Shown in pieces: positions 9,234 to 16,991 of a DNA stretch of 64,000 nucleotides (positions are counted from its first letter, which is position 1; each line of letters begins with the position of its first letter). Location of the stretch: assembly GCA_047284725.1 (NCBI GenBank), contig JBJBEO010000001.1:1016203-1080202 (forward strand), read 5' to 3'. The position numbers and the translations under genes were made by a program. The notes beneath the pieces were generated by a model. The model ran no database searches, was not told the origin of the DNA, and saw only the letters and a program-made list of their open reading frames with translations. The DNA comes from Synechococcus sp. GTDB taxonomy: Bacteria > Cyanobacteriota > Cyanobacteriia > PCC-6307 > Cyanobiaceae.

Positions 9234-11342
9234 TTAGGCACTGACCAACCATCGCCCACTGATGGCGATTGTGATCATCAACACGCAGGCTGTCAGCCAG
9301 GCTCTGCGGTGGTGACAGAGGAGTCGTCTCAGGGTGATCACACTCGCCATGCCGCCTGCTGCGATCACGGCCGACTGACAGAAGCCGATCACGTGGGGAT
9401 CCGCTTGCCAGGATGGAAGATCCTTGATCCAGCCTGACGTCAGGGGGCTGAAGCTCACCGGCAACAGAGAGCCAGCTTCCTGCATGCCGATTGGCAGGTG
9501 AGAGGCCAGTAGCAGCGCCCAGAGCAGAGGTAACAGCCCGTACAACGTGCGTTGCAATCGCTGTGTTTCGAACACGAGGTGTGCGAGTTGGTAAATCGCC
9601 GCCGGCAGGGCCAGGCAGAGGCACGCCATGGCGAGGCGTGGCAGCCATGGTCCGCTGTGCATTGATGCCGGCGCGAGGGCACTCCAACCCCAGAGCGCTT
9701 TCCAATGCTGCAGACAGATGCTCCCCGTCAGCACCAGCAAGAGCCCCGGTTCTCCCCTGGGGATGACCATCTGACGCTGCAGATCGGCTGCTGGTGGGCG
9801 CACTCTCAACTGCACTGAGCGATGGGGGCAGGCCTGGGCACAAGTGAGACAGAGAACGCAGTTGCGGTTGTCGCGCAGGTGGGCCGGATGTGTGCCGAGT
9901 GGACACCCGCCCGAGGCCATGCCCTCGCCTTCTGATGGACCGCCCTTGAAACAGGCATAGCTGGAGCAGTTGCCGCTGCAGACCCCCGCCTGGGCCCGTA
10001 ATTCCAGAATCGAGAGCTTGGCGAACAATCCATTCATCCCTCCGATGGGGCAGAGATAGCGGCACCAGAAGCGCTTTTCGAAGCGGAGCGAGCCCACCAC
10101 CGCGCCCGTCGTGATCAGCAAGAGAAGCCCACTGCTCAGCCTGGCGTTCTGGGGAAGATCACACAGGCTTTCCCACAGGAGAATCGCCGCAAATCCGCCG
10201 GCCAACCAAGGTGACGCCCAGTCATCGTGATCTCCCCGAGGCCACGGCGCAGGCATCCAGCCCAGACGCTTGCTCAACCGCTGCACAATCTCTCCCCAGA
10301 CCATGAAGGGGCAGAAGGAGCACCACAACCGGCCCACCAGCGGGAACCCCACCAGGATCAGCGGCCACCACCAGGCCCAGAACAGATTGAGGGCTCCGTT
10401 GTGGGAACGATCCTGAGGCCCAATCCACAACCACAGATTGATCAGCACGAACAGCCAACTCACCAGGCCGAACAACAGGCCATTCCATAGCTTGGGCGAA
10501 CGCATCCATGGCCTCAGCTGAGGCTTCCATGTCCAGAGGTCAAAGCGAGCGACTGGTTTCGTGGGCGATGTCCAGAACACATCGGCGGGCACAGCCGTCG
10601 GTCGGTCCTCCTGGCGTCGCATCTGCTGCAGGGCCCGTTCGATCAGTGCTTCGAGTTCGCGCAGGTTGTTGGGGAAGTCGTAGTTCTGCAGTTCCTTCAC
10701 GACAGACAGGGGAACCGCGGGGGCCTGCTGCATGCCGAGACGCTGGCTTTGCTGCCGGATGCCGTAGCGCAGCCATTCCCCGAGGTCTTGCCGGCGCACT
10801 CTCAGGGGAGGAACCCGGATCAGTTGCACCACCGACATCAGTTCGGGGATGGCCTGTTCGGCCGTGATCAGCAGGCGCCCTGAAAAAGGGTGGTTGATGC
10901 CGGGTTGGGCGACCGATGGCCAGCTTCCATCGGTCGCCAACTGAACCAATGCTTTGCGCCCCCCTGGTTCCAACTGCTCGATGTTGTCGATCAGAAGGCT
11001 TCCCTCGCCAACAAGCTCCACCAGCGCAGGCCTGTTCTTGTTGTCGCCTTGGCCAAACAAGACGCTTTCATCGCTGGACATCTGGGCTGCGTCCAATCTC
11101 AGCATCAGATGGTGTCTGCGCCTTGATCCGAAGTGGATCAGCGCTGCCAGGTTGTCTTTCTCGAGGCCGGGCTCGCCCACGAGCAACACAGGCCTGGTGC
11201 TGGGGTCTGACGAGGCTTGATGCAGTTCTTCGCGAAGACGCTTGGCCTGGCGACTGCTGCCAACCACGCCGCGGCGGGGGCGGCCTACCAGGTAGGGGGC
11301 CAGTTGCAGCAGCGTTGCCTCGGGTGCCCAGTCCCCGTTCAT
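9234..11342 (-). CDS. Sigma54-interaction-type AAA+ domain fused to a membrane polyferredoxin (NapH/FixG-like 4Fe-4S protein)
   Basis: PVLLVGEPGLEKD, VPPLRVRRQDL, YDFPNNLREL, then TM helices with WCSFCP, WCRYLCP, CSGNCSSYAC...GCP, CVLCLTCAQACP; start chosen at MNGDW. Confidence 0.85.
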   Translation of the reverse strand: MNGDWAPEATLLQLAPYLVGRPRRGVVGSSRQAKRLREELHQASSDPSTRPVLLVGEPGLEKDNLAALIHFGSRRRHHLMLRLDAAQMSSDESVLFGQGDNKNRPALVELVGEGSLLIDNIEQLEPGGRKALVQLATDGSWPSVAQPGINHPFSGRLLITAEQAIPELMSVVQLIRVPPLRVRRQDLGEWLRYGIRQQSQRLGMQQAPAVPLSVVKELQNYDFPNNLRELEALIERALQQMRRQEDRPTAVPADVFWTSPTKPVARFDLWTWKPQLRPWMRSPKLWNGLLFGLVSWLFVLINLWLWIGPQDRSHNGALNLFWAWWWPLILVGFPLVGRLWCSFCPFMVWGEIVQRLSKRLGWMPAPWPRGDHDDWASPWLAGGFAAILLWESLCDLPQNARLSSGLLLLITTGAVVGSLRFEKRFWCRYLCPIGGMNGLFAKLSILELRAQAGVCSGNCSSYACFKGGPSEGEGMASGGCPLGTHPAHLRDNRNCVLCLTCAQACPHRSVQLRVRPPAADLQRQMVIPRGEPGLLLVLTGSICLQHWKALWGWSALAPASMHSGPWLPRLAMACLCLALPAAIYQLAHLVFETQRLQRTLYGLLPLLWALLLASHLPIGMQEAGSLLPVSFSPLTSGWIKDLPSWQADPHVIGFCQSAVIAAGGMASVITLRRLLCHHRRAWLTACVLMITIAISGRWLVSA

Positions 11343-11411
11343 GGAACGAGCATGCATGGCCAGCTGTCTGTGTTCATGGCTATGGAGTGAGTGGCACCCG
11401 CCAGCTCCACC

Positions 11412-11795
11412 ATGGCTCGACTTTCGAATGCTGCCCTTCTTGTGCTGCTGGCTTCCGGTTTTGGTGCGGTTGCATCGGCTCAGCCCCGATGGGCTTTGCC
11501 CTTGAGTGCAGGACAACCGATTCTGGAGGCTGATGCGGTGTTGTTGGCTTCGGGCTGGAGGCCACACCCCCAGCAACGACCCCTGGCGATGGATCAGCAA
11601 CGGGCCGGGGTGCCGCTGACCAGCCTCTCGGCCTGTTCCGGGACCGGGGAGGGGTTTTGCCGCTTTGATTACCGCCGAAACGGACGCCAGTTGTCAGTGG
11701 TGACCATCCCCACGGGGCTCGGCCCGGATCATGCCTCTCAGCTTGGAGGTGTGGTGAAGCGGTGGTGGATTGAAACAGTGTCGGGAAGGCATTGA
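11412..11795 (+). CDS. Hypothetical secreted protein
   Basis: Signal peptide MARLSNAALLVLLASGFGAVASA; SACSGTGEGFCRFDY Cys pair. Confidence 0.65.
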   Translation: MARLSNAALLVLLASGFGAVASAQPRWALPLSAGQPILEADAVLLASGWRPHPQQRPLAMDQQRAGVPLTSLSACSGTGEGFCRFDYRRNGRQLSVVTIPTGLGPDHASQLGGVVKRWWIETVSGRH

Positions 11796-11838
11796 TCGGC
11801 TGATGGCTTGATTGCCTCACTCAAGCGAAGCGTTCCTC

Positions 11839-12087
11839 TCAGCCGATGGGCATCGTCAGACGGACTGTGCCCCACAGGTCGAAGACGCAAAAAATTACAC
11901 CGATCACGATGATGTCCCAGGCACGATGGCGCAGGGCCCAGGGAGCCAGAAACAATTCGGCGACGCCATGCAGGGCCGTTCCCACCGCAACATGCTCCAG
12001 CACCAAAAGCCCATGGGCAAGGAGGAATAAGGCGCTGGCGACGCACCGCATCAGAACTTCCCACGACCCGCTCAGAGCTTTCAGCAA
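11839..12087 (-). CDS. Small integral membrane protein
   Basis: 82 aa, about three hydrophobic helices with intramembrane His residues. Confidence 0.6.
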   Translation of the reverse strand: MLKALSGSWEVLMRCVASALFLLAHGLLVLEHVAVGTALHGVAELFLAPWALRHRAWDIIVIGVIFCVFDLWGTVRLTMPIG

Positions 12088-12230
12088 AAGTGCATCAAGA
12101 CTTAAGGCGCCAGCACCTTAAGCCGGGCTAACGACCGCGTAAACAGGATCGGAGCTCTGACCCGTTGAGCAGGGTGAGAAGAGCTCCTTCCGCTCTCAAG
12201 AGTGGGTACTGTTGAGAAGACCGTCACCGG

Positions 12231-12689
12231 ATGGCGATGACTAGAGGAGCGTCTTCGGCACCAGTGCAGGACCCCCTTCAACGGGGCCTGCACCGCGATG
12301 GTCGTCGCCTCACTCCCCAGCGACAAACAATTCTCGCGTTGTTCGAGCAGATCGGTGCTGGCCGCCATCTGAGTGCTGAGGATGTGCACCAGCGGTTGCT
12401 TGAGTCCGGCACCAAGGTGTCCCTCGCCACGATCTATCGCACCTTGCGCCTGCTCGTTGAGATGGGCTTCCTGCAGGAGTTGGAACTCAGTGAAGCCGGT
12501 CGACGCTTTGAGTTGTCGTCAGGAGAGCACCGCGACCACCACCATCTCGTTTGCATCCGCTGTGGTCGCACCGAAGAGTTTGAGAACACGTCGGTGCTTG
12601 ATGCCGGTCAGACGGCTGCAGATCGGCATAGTTTTGATTTGATTGAGTCCACGCTCAATGTGCGTGGAGTCTGCCCGGATTGCCGTTGA
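12231..12689 (+). CDS. fur: Fur-family transcriptional regulator (Fur paralogue)
   Basis: RLTPQR, HLSAEDV, SLATIYRTL, HHHLVCIRCG, CPDC. Confidence 0.9.
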   Translation: MAMTRGASSAPVQDPLQRGLHRDGRRLTPQRQTILALFEQIGAGRHLSAEDVHQRLLESGTKVSLATIYRTLRLLVEMGFLQELELSEAGRRFELSSGEHRDHHHLVCIRCGRTEEFENTSVLDAGQTAADRHSFDLIESTLNVRGVCPDCR

Positions 12690-12726
12690 GTTGAAACCGG
12701 TGTTGGTGAAGCTCAGTGCAGGTTGA

Positions 12727-13188
12727 TCAGTGTGAATCTGTGGGGTGCTCGTTGCAGGGCATCCACAGTTTCCCCATGGCGTGCACCCCTGTGCAGCCAA
12801 GCTTTTCAGCTTCCTTTTCTGCTTGCTCTCGGCTTGGATAAGCCATCAGCGCGGGATTATCAGTCTTCTGATCACCGTGGTGTTGATGGGCGGAATCTGA
12901 GCCTTGGGGTTGGTCCAATCGAACCAGGCCCATGGAGAGTGGGCCAGCGGTCCAGACGCCCATGGTGTTCACCCCCACCGCCAGCAGACCCATCCCCACG
13001 ACGGACAGGTTGATCACTCCCATGGCCACGACCCCAATGGAGACGACGCCCATGGGGACAACGCCGATGCAGACCACACCCATGGGCACAATCCCGATGG
13101 AAACGGTTCCCAGCGGTGCGATGCCGATGGCGAAGCGCTTGGGCTTGCTGCCGCAGTGGGCAGGGCCGGAGTCCACAGGCGCGCTCAT
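12727..13188 (-). CDS. Gly-pentapeptide-repeat membrane protein with C-terminal DUF3721-like domain
   Basis: About 13 G-x-x-x-h repeats (GIVPM GVVCI GVVPM GVVSI GVVAM...) then YPSREQAEKEAEKLGCTGVHAMGKLWMPC. Confidence 0.7.
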   Translation of the reverse strand: MSAPVDSGPAHCGSKPKRFAIGIAPLGTVSIGIVPMGVVCIGVVPMGVVSIGVVAMGVINLSVVGMGLLAVGVNTMGVWTAGPLSMGLVRLDQPQGSDSAHQHHGDQKTDNPALMAYPSREQAEKEAEKLGCTGVHAMGKLWMPCNEHPTDSH

Positions 13189-13245
13189 CCAAATCGGAGG
13201 TGTGTTGTTGTGACCCTAGGTGTTGACCCTCTTCTTGAAGCTGGT

Positions 13246-14241
13246 TCAGCTGAGAGCTCCACCACAGCTGCTGCCGCTTCCGGCTGTGCAACCGAAACAA
13301 TGCTCGGCCACCGTGATCGGTTGCTGTTCGATCTGTTCCGCGTTGCTGTTGAGCAGATCCTCCAGCGTCTGGGCCTCGGCTCCGCAAGTTAATCCCAGTT
13401 GTTGATTGAAGTCGCAGTCGTAGAGGGCTCCCTGCCAATCGACGCTCAGCAGGGAGCGGCACATCACCGCCTGGAGATTGTCGACCCGGAATGACTGGCG
13501 CAGAAGTTGCCGGTACTCCAGCAGTTGCCCTTTCTGTTCGAGGTCTCTGGCGAAGCGTTCGATCGCCATGTTGGTGATTGTGAGCAGCTGGTTGAACTGA
13601 ATGCCATGGTCGCGTTGGAGCGCTTCCCGATAGTGCGCTTCCAGGCCTGCCTGGGCTGGAGGGAGGCTTGGCCCCGCAGGGTTGTAGACCAGATCGAGCG
13701 CTAATCCCCTTTGGGGGTTGCCGAAGCCAAGACGGTTGAGTTGCTTCAAGCCTTCAATGCTGCGTTCAAAGACACCTCCTCCGCGTTGACGGTCGACCCT
13801 CTGTTGTTCCGTGCAGGGGAGTGACGCCACCACATGAACACCTTCGCTAGCGAGAAACGCTGCCAGATCCTCCTGTCCTGGTTCGTTGAGGATGGTGAGG
13901 TTGCACCGATCAATCACCTCCACGCCGAGGCTGCGGGCGGCCCTCACCAGATCGCGAAAACGGGGATGCAGTTCCGGGGCTCCACCGGTGAGGTCGAGCA
14001 CCTTGAGCTTGAGATGCTGCAACACCTGGGGAATCAGATCAATGTGGCGATCGGCCATCATTTCCCTGCGCCAGGGTCCTGCATTCACGTGGCAGTGACT
14101 GCAGCTTTGATTGCAGCGGTAGCCGAGGTTGACCTGAAGCGTTTGCAGGGTGCTTCGGTGGAGTGAAGGAAACAGCGTCGGTGCGGTGGAGGCTGGGGTG
14201 CTGTTGGGGTTTGACGTGATCAGAGGACCCCTCAGAAGCAA
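13246..14241 (-). CDS. arsS: Radical SAM / Cys-rich protein, arsenosugar-biosynthesis ArsS family
   Basis: TLQVNLGYRCNQSCSHCHV, LTGGAPELHP, YDCDFNQ, HCFGCTAGSGSSCGG; start uncertain. Confidence 0.85.
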   Translation of the reverse strand: MLLRGPLITSNPNSTPASTAPTLFPSLHRSTLQTLQVNLGYRCNQSCSHCHVNAGPWRREMMADRHIDLIPQVLQHLKLKVLDLTGGAPELHPRFRDLVRAARSLGVEVIDRCNLTILNEPGQEDLAAFLASEGVHVVASLPCTEQQRVDRQRGGGVFERSIEGLKQLNRLGFGNPQRGLALDLVYNPAGPSLPPAQAGLEAHYREALQRDHGIQFNQLLTITNMAIERFARDLEQKGQLLEYRQLLRQSFRVDNLQAVMCRSLLSVDWQGALYDCDFNQQLGLTCGAEAQTLEDLLNSNAEQIEQQPITVAEHCFGCTAGSGSSCGGALS

Positions 14242-14348
14242 GCACCATTGTGAAAGATCAGGTGTGCCTGCATCGTTTGCGGTTCTGTTCTCTGAGGTGC
14301 ACCTGTTGGTGCAGGTCGTGGGATCTGAGGCCGCTTGACGGCCGACCA

Positions 14349-15551
14349 TCAGGCCGTTCGAGCGGCGAGCTGGCGGAACCACTGCACATAGTGCCGTGGC
14401 CCCCCAGGCATCAACACGTTGACCTGCAGTGGATCTTCGGGATCGCTGATGCCTCGAAGGTCGGGATCAGCGAGGCTCGGTCGATCCACTTCGCCGCCGC
14501 TGCTGTCCACCAGCACCACGCGGTTGGGCTGGTTGTAGCGCTCTCCGATTTCCTGGAGCAGGCTGAGGAAACCTCGGTCACTGCCGCCGCGCAACCAGGT
14601 GCCAGTCTCAGAGCAGAAGGTGGAGGTGACGGTATCGCCAATGCCGACAAGAAGGGGCATTTGGTCAAGGGGGATGGCCTGCTCGCAGAGCTTCAGCAGT
14701 TCTTCGTGGTCATGGGGAGCTGTGCGCACGTTGAAATCGTCCCCAAGAGGGGCCGTCCCGGTGCGAGCGGCGATATGGCGATTGATCAACACCAACAGGC
14801 CGGCCTCCTTGATGGCCCCGCGCAGCATGAATTGAATGTCGGTTGAGCCCACATCACCGGGTTGAGCCGGTTTCAGGCGCTCCTGTCCGGCAGCATCACG
14901 CCCCAGATTGGGGGCCACGTGGAGAAAGAAGGAGCTGCCCAGGCCATGGTCCGTGGCCTGCACGAGCAGGTCTTGCATCAGGTCCTCCAGCATGTGCTGC
15001 AGGGCCTGTTGCAGGCTGACGTCGTTGGGGCAGAGCGCAAACAGTCCGTTGAGATTGATGGTGGGAGATACCTGGGTGTCGAGCACCGCCTTGGTCACTT
15101 CCTGGCGCAACACGTCGTTTGGCAAGGACGGCATCAGCGGGGCAACTCGCGTCTCCAGTGCGGTTTCCATCCGCTTTGGCAAGGCAGCCAGAAATGCCAT
15201 CTCTGCTTCACTGACGCCGGGATGCGACAACTGGCCGTGATTGTCTTGCAGTTGAACCCCTCCAGCTGCAAGGCCTGGAAGGTAAAGCCCGTCGCGCGCT
15301 GCCCGGTCGGGATCTCCCAGGGCCTGTTCCACCAGTCGATTCACCCCTCGCTTGCCTTCGTGCTCACCGTTGGTGAGGACGAAGAAATGTCCGCTCATCT
15401 GTGCCACCGCCTCGACGTAGTCGGGATCCATCCGGCGGGTCAGGGGATCCTTCACCAGCTCCATGCAGACGCCATCGAGGTCTTGAACGATGAGCAGGTT
15501 GTCGATGCCTGAGATCTCGTTCAGCAGTTCATCAGGAGTCAATCTCGGCAC
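14349..15551 (-). CDS. stpA: Glucosylglycerol-phosphate phosphatase
   Basis: LIVQDLDGVCMELVKDPL HAD motif, LTNGEHEG, VGIGDTVTS, RGGSDRGFL. Confidence 0.93.
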   Translation of the reverse strand: MPRLTPDELLNEISGIDNLLIVQDLDGVCMELVKDPLTRRMDPDYVEAVAQMSGHFFVLTNGEHEGKRGVNRLVEQALGDPDRAARDGLYLPGLAAGGVQLQDNHGQLSHPGVSEAEMAFLAALPKRMETALETRVAPLMPSLPNDVLRQEVTKAVLDTQVSPTINLNGLFALCPNDVSLQQALQHMLEDLMQDLLVQATDHGLGSSFFLHVAPNLGRDAAGQERLKPAQPGDVGSTDIQFMLRGAIKEAGLLVLINRHIAARTGTAPLGDDFNVRTAPHDHEELLKLCEQAIPLDQMPLLVGIGDTVTSTFCSETGTWLRGGSDRGFLSLLQEIGERYNQPNRVVLVDSSGGEVDRPSLADPDLRGISDPEDPLQVNVLMPGGPRHYVQWFRQLAARTA

Positions 15552-15749
15552 AGCGGGGCTTGGGCACGACGTTTAAGCCCTGGACCCTACGCCAGATTTT
15601 TGGAGGGTTGTCTGGGTGGACTCCAACCATGCAGCCTGGGGTCTGAGGCTCCGAGACGTCCCCTGGCGGGTCAACAGCAAGGTCTGCGTTGACGACTGTC
15701 AGGCACCTTGAGGGCACACTGGAGTCTGCTCTCGGATGGCCGGGTCGTT

Positions 15750-15992
15750 GTGCCTGATTTCAACAGCTCTGAAGAAAAGCGAGCCCGATTCGGAAAAGTG
15801 TTCGCCCCCCGCATCGAGAAGTTGATCGAGGATCTTCAGGCTGTGGCGAAAACGGCCAATTTGGACATCTATGAATTTGACGATGCCCTTGTCAAAAAAC
15901 TCTTCGTTGAGCTGGCTCGTCGCTTCAGAACCACGGCCCATCGGTTTGGTATTGAATTTGAGATCAGTGTGGAGGGTGAAGTCGTGGAGTAG
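15750..15992 (+). CDS. Hypothetical protein
   Basis: VPDFNSSEEKRARFGKVFAPRIEKLIEDL...; coding-like composition. Confidence 0.65.
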   Translation: MPDFNSSEEKRARFGKVFAPRIEKLIEDLQAVAKTANLDIYEFDDALVKKLFVELARRFRTTAHRFGIEFEISVEGEVVE

Positions 15993-16347
15993 TGATCGCC
16001 CGCTTCTCCATCGATCGCGTCTTTGGCTTCACCCTCCCTGGCCTCATCCGGCCACGTTGTTGCAGCGTTGCAGGAGTCGAACCTCCTGTTCGACCATCAA
16101 TTGATGCAGAGAGGCGGCGGGCATCAGTCCACCAAGGGTTGCAGACCGGTTGCTGGGCAGGGCCACCAGCCAGCCCTGCGGTTTCGAGGCCGATGACCGA
16201 CTCACAACAGACGACAAGCGATGCATAGGCGTTGCGATTGAGATGACGATGGACGTGCCCTGGATTGGCGGGTCATGACGTCATAGAGCCCTATCGGCTA
16301 GTGTGCTATGAGCAAAGTGGCCTATTTGCTCTTGTCTTGCCTGGGCT

Positions 16348-16935
16348 TTAGGCGGGAAGTCCCATGGCCTTGCGGTAGGCCGGTCGTTGTTGCACCGATG
16401 CGATCAAAGCCTGGATTGTTGGGTAGGGACTGAGGTCAAGCTCGGGGAAGAACACAGGCAGGTAGGCCAGGTAGGCCTGCACGGCGCAGTCAGCGGCCCC
16501 CCACTGCTCTCCCACCAGTGGCGTCTGGAGGTCAAGCATCCGATCGAGCTCGGCCATCAGGCGAGCAAACTCCCGCTCCCGGTTGCTTGGCACAAACAGA
16601 GCAATGGCCAATGTGGCATTGGCGAAGAGCAGCCATTGTGCCGTCAAGGCCCGTTCAGCCTCTGATCGGATGTCGTTGCTGTGACGCTCTGCCAGATGCA
16701 AGAGAATCGCACCGCTTTCAAACAGCTTGAGTGGTTCGCCATTCGGATCAGGCACGCTCGGATCCACGAGGGCAGGCAGCTTGCCGAAAGGGTTGACGGC
16801 GAGAAATTCCGGCTGCTGGTGTTGTCTGGCCTGGAGATCCAGCTCGATCAGTGCATAGCTGATGCCCTTCTCCTCCATGTACCAGCGGGGCATCGAGGCT
16901 CTTGTGCGTTGACCGCCGTAGAGGGTGAGGGGCAT
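16348..16935 (-). CDS. Glutathione S-transferase
   Basis: NPFGKLPAL, LFESGAILLHLAE, WGAADC. Confidence 0.92.
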   Translation of the reverse strand: MPLTLYGGQRTRASMPRWYMEEKGISYALIELDLQARQHQQPEFLAVNPFGKLPALVDPSVPDPNGEPLKLFESGAILLHLAERHSNDIRSEAERALTAQWLLFANATLAIALFVPSNREREFARLMAELDRMLDLQTPLVGEQWGAADCAVQAYLAYLPVFFPELDLSPYPTIQALIASVQQRPAYRKAMGLPA

Positions 16936-16991
16936 CGCTCTTGCTGCTTAGGGTGTAACCGGATCATGGTGCAGGGGCTGGGACGCAACGG

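Noticed and set aside
11331..11350. CCATGAACGGGGAC resembling part of a glutamine-II (downstream-peptide) riboswitch
   Set aside because: The upstream pairing elements are missing, and the sequence is explained as the MNGD start of the CDS
13246..13300. Selenocysteine in the ArsS C-terminal SS(C/U)GG motif
   Set aside because: The codon is TGT (Cys); there is no in-frame TGA
12904..13392. Plus-strand ORF with His-Gly-Asp repeats as a metal-binding protein
   Set aside because: It is the antisense shadow of the Gly-repeat gene and overlaps arsS; the minus frame has the recognisable C-terminal domain
16044..16226. 60-aa minus-strand ORF between GST and the hypothetical gene
   Set aside because: No motif or clear coding signal; cannot be supported from sequence alone
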